Assembly (NCBI GenBank): GCA_913009875.1
Contig: CAJVYS010000004.1
Span: 4,137 to 68,136, forward strand
Reading direction: 5' to 3'
From: an uncultured Gammaproteobacteria bacterium
GTDB taxonomy: Bacteria; Pseudomonadota; Gammaproteobacteria; SZUA-152
DNA length: 64,000 nt
How positions within the stretch are numbered: the stretch's first letter is position 1; the number at the start of each line of letters is the position of its first letter. The position numbers were made by a program, and so were the translations under genes. The notes below the pieces were generated by a model, which saw only the letters and a program-made list of their open reading frames with translations, was not told the DNA's origin and did no database searches. Shown here in pieces: positions 8,573 through 17,331 of this stretch.

Positions 8573-9289
8573 GTGTTACAGCTTGAACACATCGAAGCCA
8601 TAGAAAAACGCCTCTGGAGCGCAGCCGACAACCTGCGCGGCATACTGCCCAAGAGTGAATACCAGGAGCTGGACAACCAGGTCCTCGGTGATTTTCTGCG
8701 CACCCTCAACCCCGAGGAGCTGAAGAAGGTCTCCGGCGACGTCTTCGGTCGCATCTACGAATACTTCCTTACCCAGTTTGCAGATCAGAAGGCCCACGAC
8801 GGCGGCGAGTTCTTCACCCCCGTCTCGCTGGTCTCGCTCATCGCCCATGTGCTGGACCCCGAGAGCGGCACCGTGCTAGACCCGGCCTGCGGCTCCGGCG
8901 GCATGTTCGTGCAGAGCGCGCGCATCGTCGAGGAGCACGGCGACAGCCCCACGGAAAAGCTCACCTTCCGTGGCCTGGAGAAAAACGCCACCACCATCCG
9001 CCTGGCCAAGATGAACCTCGCCGTTTACGGCCTGGAAGGGGAAGATGAAGAGGGCAATGTCATTCATCCCCTGCCCGAGTATCTCGATGCCATCCAGAGC
9101 CTGTGGGGAACCCTTGAGCCATTACGTTGCCGTCTGGTGAGCTTCGCCAATCACTATGAAAGGCGCTCGTTGCGAAGGGAAGGGCCAGATATGAAGGTGA
9201 AAAGTGCTGGTGGCGATACTGATCTATCTGAATGGCTATTGAACACCATGCTTGCTAATCAGCCAGGGAATTCTGCTTGTTTTGTGTGA
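8573..9289 (+). pseudogene. hsdM: Type I R-M methyltransferase HsdM, N-terminal fragment. Homology ends near 9040; the catalytic NPPF region is missing.
   Basis: EFFTPVSLVSLIAHVLDPESGTVLDPACGSGGMFVQS (motif I) and LAKMNLAVYGLEG; remainder of the ORF is unrelated read-through. Confidence 0.7.
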
Positions 9290-9408
9290 TAGGCTCCCCT
9301 GCTGGAGTGATAACCCTTGGTTATCAGTGAGTTATATTTGAGGTGACCCCGGTAAATCCTGCTGAATTGCCAATAGAATGTTCGATAGAAACGGAGGGGG
9401 AAGCAGCG

Positions 9409-9680
9409 AGCCATGGCGCCAACGGCCTACACCGAGGACAGCCTCGTCAGCAGACCGCCGCCGATTATCTGGAGAGGCAGTTCGGTTGGTGGTTGGTGTG
9501 TCTGCGTGGAGCGATGAGGACTTCGGGCTGGTTGGGCGAGTGGGCCGTGGTGCAGACAAGGGGGCTGTTTGGCGAGCCAGAAGCAGATGGTGGAGTTATT
9601 CGGCAAGGATATCTGGACCATCAAGGAGCACGTCGGCAACACTTTTGATGAAGGCGACGAACCTGCTGGGTAAGATCCCA
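9409..9680 (+). pseudogene. Degenerate, frameshifted copy of the HsdR N-terminus (MAPTAYTEDSLV...) followed by a RhuM-N-like fragment (KQMVELFGKDIWTIKEHVGN)
   Basis: Homologous, with one frameshift, to the 10318.. HsdR N-terminus (MASSNYTEDTLEQQTTAEHLESVLGW) and to the RhuM N-terminus at 10455. Confidence 0.4.
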
Positions 9681-9753
9681 ATCCGGAAGGCACGACGAAT
9701 GACATCAAATGATGTATTGTTTGATGCATGCAAATCAAGTACGAGGTGCTGCA

Positions 9754-9951
9754 ATGCGCACAACCCTGAACATCGACGACCAGTTGCTGGCCGAGGCCCA
9801 ACGCATTACCGGGGTATCCGAAAAAGCCGCTTTGGTGAGGGAGGGGCTGAGGGCCCTGATCGAGCGAGAGAGCGCCCGCCGGCTGGCGCGGCTGGGTGGT
9901 AGTGAGCCGCAATTGAAACCGGTACCTCGCCGCCAGTCCGACCCGGCATGA
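9754..9951 (+). CDS. vapB: Type II antitoxin VapB (ribbon-helix-helix, Rv0623-like)
   Basis: MRTTLNIDDQLLAEAQRITGVSEKAALVREGLRALIERE; GAGG RBS; ATGA overlap with vapC; imperfect palindrome TTGATGCATGCAAATCAA just upstream. Confidence 0.8.
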   Translation: MRTTLNIDDQLLAEAQRITGVSEKAALVREGLRALIERESARRLARLGGSEPQLKPVPRRQSDPA

Positions 9952-10310
9952 TCCTGGTCGATACTTCTGTCTGGATCGATCATCTGCGTACCGGAGACGA
10001 GCGACTGGCGGACTTGCTCAACCGCTGCCAGGTTGTCATGCATCCCTTTGTGATTGGCGAGTTGGCTTGTGGAAATCTGCGCAAGCGGGGTGAAGTGCTC
10101 CGGCTACTCAATGATTTGCCCCAGGCAACAGTCGCCTCTCAGGATGAGGTGCTGCACTTGATTAAGCACAAGAAACTGATGGGGCTGGGAATCGGTTTCA
10201 TCGATGCTCACCTGCTGGCTTCCGCTGCGTTGACAGATGCGGCCGTGATATGGACACGCGATAAGCGGTTGCAGAAGGCTGCTGCAAAGCTGAAGCTGGC
10301 GGTGGACTGA
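9948..10310 (+). CDS. vapC: PIN-domain toxin VapC
   Basis: MILVDTSVWIDHLR...; conserved acidic residues of the PIN fold; 120 aa. Confidence 0.85.
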   Translation: MILVDTSVWIDHLRTGDERLADLLNRCQVVMHPFVIGELACGNLRKRGEVLRLLNDLPQATVASQDEVLHLIKHKKLMGLGIGFIDAHLLASAALTDAAVIWTRDKRLQKAAAKLKLAVD

Positions 10311-10317
10311 TAACCAT

Positions 10318-10458
10318 GGCTTCCTCCAACTACACCGAAGACACCCTGGAGCAGCAAACCACGGCCGAGCATCTGGAATCGGTGCTCGGTTGGGCGTCGG
10401 TGCTTGCCTGTGACAAGGCCCTTACTGGAAAGGGTTACGATGCAAGGAGGCATTATGA
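10318..10458 (+). pseudogene. hsdR: HsdR N-terminal 46-codon remnant (MASSNYTEDTLEQQTTAEHLESVLGWASV...), terminated where the rhuM-like start overlaps
   Basis: Typical HsdR N-terminus; stops after 46 codons at TGA overlapping ATG 10455. Confidence 0.5.
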
Positions 10459-12285
10459 GTGAGCTGGTCATTTTTGAGGTGGGGGCGCAGCAGGTTGAGG
10501 TACGGTTGGAGGGGGAGACTTTGTGGGTCACCCAGGTACAGATGGCAGAGCTGTTTAATACTTCTTCCGACAATATCAGTCTGCATCTGAAGAATATCTA
10601 TAATGAATCGGAACTTATGGAACAGGCAACTACCGAGGATTTCTCGGTAGTTCGTCAGGAGGGGGAACGACAGGTGCGCAACCTGTTCGATGAGTCTCTC
10701 GGCGAGCCGAAGAAGATCATCGCCCGCAATCACCAGTTTCTTGGCGTCAATCGCGCCATTGAGGCGGTGCGAAACCGTGAGGCGCGCCACGGCAAGCTGG
10801 GCGTGTTCTGGCACACGCAGGGTTCGGGCAAGAGCTATTCCATGGTGATGTTCACCCGCAAGGTGCATCACAAGCTGGGCGGCAATTTCACCTTTCTGGT
10901 GCTTACCGATCGTGATGACCTCGACACCCAGATCTACAAAACCTTCGCTAACTGCGGGGTGATCAGCGACCAGGAGCAGTGCCGGGCCGCCACCTGAACG
11001 AGCTGCTGACTCAGCACAAGGCCGACATCTTTTCCCTGATTCAGAAATTCAACCAGAAGGTGGAGCCGGAGCAGCCCTATAGCGAACGCGATGACATCAT
11101 CGTGATTACCGACGAGGCGCACCGTACCCAGTACGGCACTCTGGCGCTGAATCTGCGCAACGCCCTGCCCAATGCCAGCTATATTGGCTGGATGCACGAG
11201 ACCCGCATGGCGGTGGTGGTGAGCGAGGAGCAGGGCGAGGTGGACAAGTTCCGCAAGTGGGATCTGGACACCACGCCGCACCGCCGGCTGATGAAGGAGG
11301 GCATCGATCTGCCCGAGGCCATGCACGCAAAGCCGGAGTACAGAAGCATGCAGAGCATGGCGCTGGATGACGCCTTCAAGGTGCAGGAGCATCCGCCATC
11401 GTGGCCTGCAAGGAGGCGGCCAACGAAAACGACGAAAGTCGTAAGCGCTTTGAGGTGATGTGCCGCGAGGTGTTCAAGAAGTTCAAGGCCTGCATCAATG
11501 TGCCGGGGGTGAATGCCCACCGCGCGGAGCGGGATGCCATCAACATTGTCTACAAGCGCCTGCAACAGGACCGCGAGCAGGCCGACATCACTAACATCAT
11601 CCGGCAGTTGCACGAGGTGGTGGATGAGGCGATCGAGGTTCAACCCGATTGGCAAGGTGAGGAACTTGCACCCTACGACATCAGCAAGATCGACTTCGAC
11701 CGCCTGCGCCAGGAATTCGAGCGCAGCCCAAGCAAGAACACCATGGTACAAAACCTCCGCCAGTCCGTGGAGCAGCGGCTGCAACGCCTGTTGCAGCAAA
11801 ACCCGCTGCGCACCGATTTTCAGCAGCACTACGAACAGATCGTTGCCGAGTACAACCGTGAGAAGGACCGGGTGACCATCGAGAAAACCTTCGAGTCCCT
11901 GTTCACTCTCGTCCAGGAACTCGACGAGGAGGAGCATCGCGCCATGCGCGAAGGGCTAGACGAGGAGTCACTGGCGATTTTTGACCTGCTCAAGAAGCCG
12001 GATCTGGATGCGGCCGAGATCAAGCGCATCAAGTCCGTCGCCGTCGAACTGCTCGAAAAATTGAAACAGGAAAAACTGCGTATCGATCAATGGCGTGACG
12101 GCGAGGCAACAAGGGATGCTGTGCGGGTGACTATTCGAGACTTCCTATGGAGTGACGATACGGGCCTGCCAGTCGACAACTACACTGAAGATGATGTGGA
12201 CACCAAGGCCGAAGAAGTGTTTCGCCACATTTATCGGGTCTATCCGACGGTGCCATCACCATACTATGCGGCTGCAGCCCTCTAG
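10455..12285 (+). pseudogene. hsdR: RhuM-N'::HsdR' fusion. RhuM N-terminal ~85 aa is joined in frame to the HsdR helicase core, with frameshifts near 10980 and 11400. The HsdR C-terminal domain is intact; the HsdR nuclease domain is absent.
   Basis: AAGGAGG RBS; RhuM signature LWVTQVQMAELF...FSVVRQEGERQV; HsdR motif I GSGKS, DEAH-box IIVITDEAHRTQYG, truncated motif III NASYIGW; C-terminal DUF3387-like domain in a third frame (11401-12285). Confidence 0.65.
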
Positions 12286-12307
12286 CCATTGAAGCGCAGG
12301 CCGGGAT

Positions 12308-12332
12308 AATGATATCACTTTATGATATCATT
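12308..12332. promoter_or_regulatory. Palindromic operator AATGATATCA-CTT-TATGATATCATT upstream of hicA
   Basis: Perfect 10-bp inverted repeat directly before the hicA start. Confidence 0.4.
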
Positions 12333-12337
12333 TGACT

Positions 12338-12592
12338 ATGAGCCGAAAGCATAGCCGCACCCTGGCGGCCATCTTCGCCAACCCTGTCCGCGCCAATATC
12401 GTGTGGACTGACATTGAGGTGATGCTTAAGGCCATCGGAGCGGAGATCTCGGAAGGTGAAGGTCCCCGCGTTTGGGTTGCGCTCAACGATGTGCGGGCCG
12501 TCTTCCACCGGCCGCACCCGGAGAAGGAAACGGACAAGGGGGCCGTGAAGTCGATGCGTACATTTTTGGAGCGCTCAGGCATCACACCCTAG
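12338..12592 (+). CDS. hicA: HicA-family mRNA interferase toxin
   Basis: YcfA/HicA-like ~85 aa; followed by the HicB partner. Confidence 0.7.
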   Translation: MSRKHSRTLAAIFANPVRANIVWTDIEVMLKAIGAEISEGEGPRVWVALNDVRAVFHRPHPEKETDKGAVKSMRTFLERSGITP

Positions 12593-12635
12593 TATTGATT
12601 AAAAGGCCTGCGGGCCATAACAGATAGGTAGCATC

Positions 12636-12962
12636 ATGTTGAAATATAAAGGTTATATAGGTCAGGTGGAATTTGATGCCGAGGCTAATATTATTCATGG
12701 CGAGGTAATCAACACCCGCGATGTAATCACCTTTCAGGGTGAATCTGTGGACGAGCTACGCCAAGCCTTTGAGGCCTCGGTCGAGGACTATCTGGCCTTT
12801 TGTGCTGAACGTGGCGAAGATCCAGACAAGCCATTCTCCGGCCAATTTCTGATCCGGGGTAAGCCAGATTTGCACCGTGATATTTTTGCTGCGGCGGCAA
12901 GGGAGGGAAAGAGTCTGAACGCCTACGTGATTGAGCAGCTAGACCGGCTCGTACACGCCTAA
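12636..12962 (+). CDS. hicB: HicB-family antitoxin
   Basis: HicB N-domain (MLKYKGYIGQVEFDAEANIIHGEV) plus C-terminal RHH-like DNA-binding region. Confidence 0.8.
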   Translation: MLKYKGYIGQVEFDAEANIIHGEVINTRDVITFQGESVDELRQAFEASVEDYLAFCAERGEDPDKPFSGQFLIRGKPDLHRDIFAAAAREGKSLNAYVIEQLDRLVHA

Positions 12963-13381
12963 TGTGATGTCAGCTCATCAAGAGCAGTTCTACTCTCTTG
13001 ATCGCACCGGTCACGGTAGGACATTAAATCCTGATAACGAATGCGGCGATGTGTTCCGGTCTTGGAGAAGGGAATGGTTCCCTCTTCAAGTAATTTCACC
13101 AAATGAGGGCGAGAGACGTTGAGTATGTTTGCGGCTTCCTGAGTCGTCAGTTCCGCATGGGTCGGTACGATCGTTACCGCATTACCCTGGGCCATTTCCA
13201 CGAGCAGTTCACGCAACAGAACCAATGCCTGTCTTGGCAAGATAAGGTCATTACCATCTAATTGCACTCTGGCACGTTTTGCTTCAGGGATTTGGCCAAG
13301 AAGGCGACTCAGCTCCTCAGCACTTGCACGAGCCAATGCTGAAGACTCTATATCTGGCAATACTTGGGGGTGAGCGGTCAT
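12959..13381 (-). CDS. Excisionase-family HTH DNA-binding protein with N-terminal domain (possible TA/regulatory component)
   Basis: C-terminal TQEAANILNVSRPHLVKLLEEGTIPFSKTGTHRRI (excisionase/MerR-like HTH); convergent with hicB and overlapping it by 4 nt. Confidence 0.55.
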   Translation of the reverse strand: MTAHPQVLPDIESSALARASAEELSRLLGQIPEAKRARVQLDGNDLILPRQALVLLRELLVEMAQGNAVTIVPTHAELTTQEAANILNVSRPHLVKLLEEGTIPFSKTGTHRRIRYQDLMSYRDRCDQESRTALDELTSH

Positions 13382-13624
13382 TATATATATCCTGAATTAT
13401 GTAAGACTTGCCCTGAAGTATATTCGAAATAAACGAAAGCGCAATATTCGAAAAGGCTGGTAAGAGTGCTCATGAGGCGGAATTCGTGGCTCTGTATCTA
13501 CGGTACACCACCCAGTTTTCACTTACTGTGCTAGCCTATTGAATTAACATGATTTTAGCTAATTGTACCGAGTACACCCTAATCTAGAATAATTAGTAAC
13601 TCGTTGATTTTACTGGTGCTCAGA

Positions 13625-13663
13625 ATCCCTTGGTCCACGGTTCGAGTCCCTGCGGGCCCACCA
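13625..13663 (+). other. tRNA 3'-end fragment (T-arm GGTTCGAGTCC + acceptor 3' strand + ACCA); relic integration/att site, not a complete tRNA
   Basis: CACGG-TTCGAGT-CCCTG T-arm, CGGGCCC, A, CCA; no matching 5' acceptor strand upstream; sits in a ~320-bp AT-rich tract (13382-13700). Confidence 0.5.
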
Positions 13664-13818
13664 ATAATCAACGGGCTCGCATGGCCCGTTAAGTCTCTCC
13701 AAGTTCGCCGATGCCATCAGGCAGGGGGCTCTATACTTGTAATGAACAAGGTGTTGCGGAGAATTTCGCGGGGGAGGGTTTTATCGAAGTCGGTGCTGAG
13801 GGTGGATGGTTTCTGGCC

Positions 13819-15291
13819 ATGGACCAGGGCGGGCATGCCAGCCGGGTGGTTGTGTTCGATGGCCGCGGGGTACAACTTGCCAGTGCCGTGCGGGCGGTGG
13901 GAGTGAGCCAGCCGCAGCCGGGTTGGGTAGAGCAGGATGCGGACAAGATAGCGCAGTCGCTACGCCTGGCCCTTGCCGATACGGCCGAACAACTCGGCGC
14001 AGATTGCCATCGCATCCGTGCGGCGGGGCTGGCCACACAGCGCTCCAATATTGTGTGCTGGGATCGTGAGACCGGGGCCGCGCTGTCGCCGGCCATCAGC
14101 TGGCAGGATCGCCGTGCGCAGGACTGGATGCAGCAATTTGCCCTGCAGCGGGCGCGGATTCGCGACATCACCGGCCTGTTGCCCAGTGCGCATTATGGCG
14201 TCAGCAAAATACACTGGTGCCTCGAACAGCTGGCCGAGGTGCGGGCCGTGCGCAAACGGGGCAGCCTTGCCTGTGGCCCACTGGCGAGCTTTCTGTTGTT
14301 TCGTTTGTTGAAGGAACATCCCCTTGTGGTGGATTCCGTCAATGCCTCACGGACCTTGCTGTGGGACTGGCGGCAACGCCACTGGTCCGCAGAGCTGTTG
14401 CAGCTGTTCGGGATGACGGATGATTACCTGCCACAGGGCGTTGCCAATCGTCATCGCTTTGGCGAACTGGACATGGCCGGTGTCCCAATCCCCATGACGG
14501 TGTGCACGGGGGATCAGTCGGCCGCCTTGTTTGCGGGCGGAAAGCCCGAAGCGGATATCGCCTACGTCAATATCGGCACCGGCGCCTTTTTTCAATGCCT
14601 CACCGCTTCGTCTGCAAGCGAAGTGGAAAATCCGGCGTCGGCAGATCTGTTGCGCAGTGTGGTCTGGGATGATGCGGAACATTCGCTTCAGGTGCTGGAG
14701 GCCACGGTGAACGGTGCGGGCAGCGCACTGCTGATGGTGGCAAACGAACTGGGCATTTCTGCACGGGGCGCTCAGAGCCAATATGCCCATTGGTTGGCGA
14801 CGGCAACAAATATTCCGCTGTACCTGAATGGGGTGTCCGGCCTGGGTTCGCCTTTCTGGTTGCCGAAGTTCGCCTCACGATTTGTCGGGCCGCACGCCAA
14901 TACGGCAATGCCACCGGAGAAAATGGTGGCGGTGCTGGAGAGCATCGTGTTCTTGTTATCGCTCAATCTGCAAGAAATGGCACGTGCCGGTGTGCCGCTG
15001 CAAGGTATTAAGATCAGTGGCGGTCTGTCGGTGCTGGATGGCCTGTGTCAGCGACTGGCCGATATCAACCGGCTGCCGGTGGAGCGAGCGTCGCAAACGG
15101 AAGCGACGGCAAGAGGTCTGGCGTATCTGCTGGCCAGGCCTGGACAGGTGTGGGGCAACAGGGGCGAAGCCTGCCGTTTTGCGCCACAGCATAATCGGCT
15201 GCTGGATGTGCGTTACCGGCGCTGGCACAGCGCTCTGCTCGTGGCAGTGAGTGCTGACAAAGTGGATGCAGAGCAAGAGGCCGACCCATGA
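13819..15291 (+). CDS. FGGY-family carbohydrate kinase (glycerol kinase-like)
   Basis: LAMDQGGHASRVVVFD start region resembles GlpK; FGGY N- and C-domains; adjacent to GDPD and G3P dehydrogenase genes. Confidence 0.75.
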   Translation: MDQGGHASRVVVFDGRGVQLASAVRAVGVSQPQPGWVEQDADKIAQSLRLALADTAEQLGADCHRIRAAGLATQRSNIVCWDRETGAALSPAISWQDRRAQDWMQQFALQRARIRDITGLLPSAHYGVSKIHWCLEQLAEVRAVRKRGSLACGPLASFLLFRLLKEHPLVVDSVNASRTLLWDWRQRHWSAELLQLFGMTDDYLPQGVANRHRFGELDMAGVPIPMTVCTGDQSAALFAGGKPEADIAYVNIGTGAFFQCLTASSASEVENPASADLLRSVVWDDAEHSLQVLEATVNGAGSALLMVANELGISARGAQSQYAHWLATATNIPLYLNGVSGLGSPFWLPKFASRFVGPHANTAMPPEKMVAVLESIVFLLSLNLQEMARAGVPLQGIKISGGLSVLDGLCQRLADINRLPVERASQTEATARGLAYLLARPGQVWGNRGEACRFAPQHNRLLDVRYRRWHSALLVAVSADKVDAEQEADP

Positions 15292-16088
15292 ACACGCCTG
15301 CACAACCCCTGACCCATCGTCTGGTGGCCCACCGTGGCTACAGCCAGTGTTACCCCGAAAATACCCTGGCCGCTTTGCGGGCGGCGTTGGCTGTCGGTGC
15401 GCGCTATGTGGAGTTCGATGTGCAATTTACCGCCGACGGGGTGCCAATGGTGTTTCACGACGATAAACTGCAACGGGTCACGGGCGTCAGCGGCAACATC
15501 CATCGACTAACGGCTGCGCAACTGGCGCCATTGCGGGCCAGCGAGGCGAAGCGGTTTGGCGACCGCTTCGTCGATGAGCCGATACCCCGCCTGGAAGATG
15601 CACTGCGGTTGTTGTCGCAGTGGCCGGATGCGACCGCGTTTGTGGAAATCAAGCAGGGCTCGGTGGCACAGTTTGGCGCTGCCGTGGTGGCGCAACGCAT
15701 GGCGTTCGAGCTGGCGCCCTTTCAGCATAACTGCATATTGATATCCTTTGATGCCGAGGTCTTGCGAGCGGCCCGGGATGCCGGTATGCAGCGCATTGGC
15801 TGGGTGCTGTCGGCGTGGAGAGGTGCCGCCCGTCAACAGGCCGAATGGCTGATGCCGGATGTACTGTTCTGTAACCATAAAAAGATACCTAAGAAGGACG
15901 TGCTATGGCCGGGCGCCTGGTCGTGGGCAGTGTATGATGTGGTGGACCCGGCGCTGGCGCTGCACTGGTTTTCACGCGGTGTGCAGTTGATCGAGACCTG
16001 GGATATTGGCGCCATGATGCGCGATCCTCGATTGCGGGTGGCGGAGGTTTCAACGTACAAGCCGGCCGGGAAAAACAATGGACAATGA
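15288..16088 (+). CDS. Glycerophosphodiester phosphodiesterase (GDPD family)
   Basis: HRGYSQCYPENTLAALRAA...EFDVQFTADGVPMVFHDD motif. Confidence 0.8.
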   Translation: MNTPAQPLTHRLVAHRGYSQCYPENTLAALRAALAVGARYVEFDVQFTADGVPMVFHDDKLQRVTGVSGNIHRLTAAQLAPLRASEAKRFGDRFVDEPIPRLEDALRLLSQWPDATAFVEIKQGSVAQFGAAVVAQRMAFELAPFQHNCILISFDAEVLRAARDAGMQRIGWVLSAWRGAARQQAEWLMPDVLFCNHKKIPKKDVLWPGAWSWAVYDVVDPALALHWFSRGVQLIETWDIGAMMRDPRLRVAEVSTYKPAGKNNGQ

Positions 16089-17298
16089 ACACTGCGATCT
16101 GCTGATCATTGGCGGCGGAATTCACGGTGTCGGCGTTGCGCAGGCTGCGGCGGCGGCCGGTTACCGTGCCCTGGTGCTGGAACAGGGTGAGCTGGCCAGT
16201 GGTACATCAAGCCGTTCCAGTAAACTGATTCATGGTGGTCTGCGTTATCTTGAGTACGGGCAATTTTCGCTGGTGCGGGAGTGCCTGCGTGAACGCGCGT
16301 TGCTGTTGAAGAATGCCCCGCGGCTGGTGAGGTTACGTCCGTTTTTTATCCCGATTTATGCCGACTCGACACGCAGCCGTTGGCTGGTGTGGGCGGGTCT
16401 CACTCTTTATTCCCTGTTGGGCGGCGCTGGGCGAGACACACGCTTTCGTCGTCTGCCACGCCGTGAGTGGGCGGCGCTGGACGGGCTTAAAACCGCCGGG
16501 CTGCGGGCGGTATTCCAGTATCAAGATGCACAAACCGATGACGCGGCATTGACGCGTGCGGTAATGGCCTCCGCTCAGACCCTGGGTGCGCGGATCAAAA
16601 CGCAAGCCACGTTTGTCGCTGCGTCCAGGCTTGAGAATGGGCAGGAAGAGTGCTGGCGGATACGTTACCGGCAGCATGAACAGGAACACACCTGCACGGC
16701 AACCGTGATGGTGAATGCCGCCGGCCCCTGGGTGAACGAGGTATTGGCGCGCATCGCCCCGGCGGCGAGCACGGTAGACGTCGAGCTGGTGCAAGGCACT
16801 CACCTGGTGTTGGACGGCAGGCTGGATCGCGGCATCTATTATCTGCAATCTCCCCGGGATCGGCGCCCGGTGTTTGTCATCCCCTGGCAGCTTACCGGAG
16901 AGCCGGAGGGCAGCGCCATTCTACTGGGCACCACGGAAACCCGCTACACGGGAAACCCCGCCGAGGTACACCCGTTGCCTGCAGAGCAGGAATATCTGCT
17001 GGAGACGTATCGCCACTATTTTTCCTCGTCGCCGCGGGTCCGCGATACGTTTGCCGGCTTGCGGGTATTGCCTGTCGGTAAGGGGCAGGCGGCCAGCCAG
17101 TATGCGGCGCGCCAGCGCGAAACCGTGTTGCATACCGATTGCCCGGACTCTCCCCGCTTGCTGACGATTTATGGTGGCAAGCTGACGGCCTACCGGGCGA
17201 CGGCGGAGAAGGTTATGGCGATGATGCAGAACAGCCTGCCGGACCGGGTGCGTATCGCCGATACGCGCACACTCACTCTGGGCGCGCTCCGGTATTGA
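16078..17298 (+). CDS. FAD-dependent glycerol-3-phosphate dehydrogenase-like oxidoreductase
   Basis: DLLIIGGGIHGVGVA dinucleotide fold; GlpD-like N-terminal region; 4-bp overlaps chain the three genes. Confidence 0.7.
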   Translation: MDNEHCDLLIIGGGIHGVGVAQAAAAAGYRALVLEQGELASGTSSRSSKLIHGGLRYLEYGQFSLVRECLRERALLLKNAPRLVRLRPFFIPIYADSTRSRWLVWAGLTLYSLLGGAGRDTRFRRLPRREWAALDGLKTAGLRAVFQYQDAQTDDAALTRAVMASAQTLGARIKTQATFVAASRLENGQEECWRIRYRQHEQEHTCTATVMVNAAGPWVNEVLARIAPAASTVDVELVQGTHLVLDGRLDRGIYYLQSPRDRRPVFVIPWQLTGEPEGSAILLGTTETRYTGNPAEVHPLPAEQEYLLETYRHYFSSSPRVRDTFAGLRVLPVGKGQAASQYAARQRETVLHTDCPDSPRLLTIYGGKLTAYRATAEKVMAMMQNSLPDRVRIADTRTLTLGALRY

Positions 17299-17331
17299 CC
17301 TGAACCATGACAGCAGTAGAGCGGCGAGCCG

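Noticed and set aside
9343-9902. Annotated ORFs 9343-9648 (101 aa), 9378-9902 (174 aa), 9427-9912 (161 aa, minus strand)
   Set aside because: Overlapping low-complexity frames across a region that reads as frameshifted hsdR/rhuM remnants plus the vapB promoter. None has a credible domain or RBS.
7658-13700. An active integrative or mobile element (prophage/ICE)
   Set aside because: No integrase, recombinase, transposase or phage structural genes. Only the tRNA 3' scar and R-M/TA cargo remain, so it is treated as an immobilised remnant.
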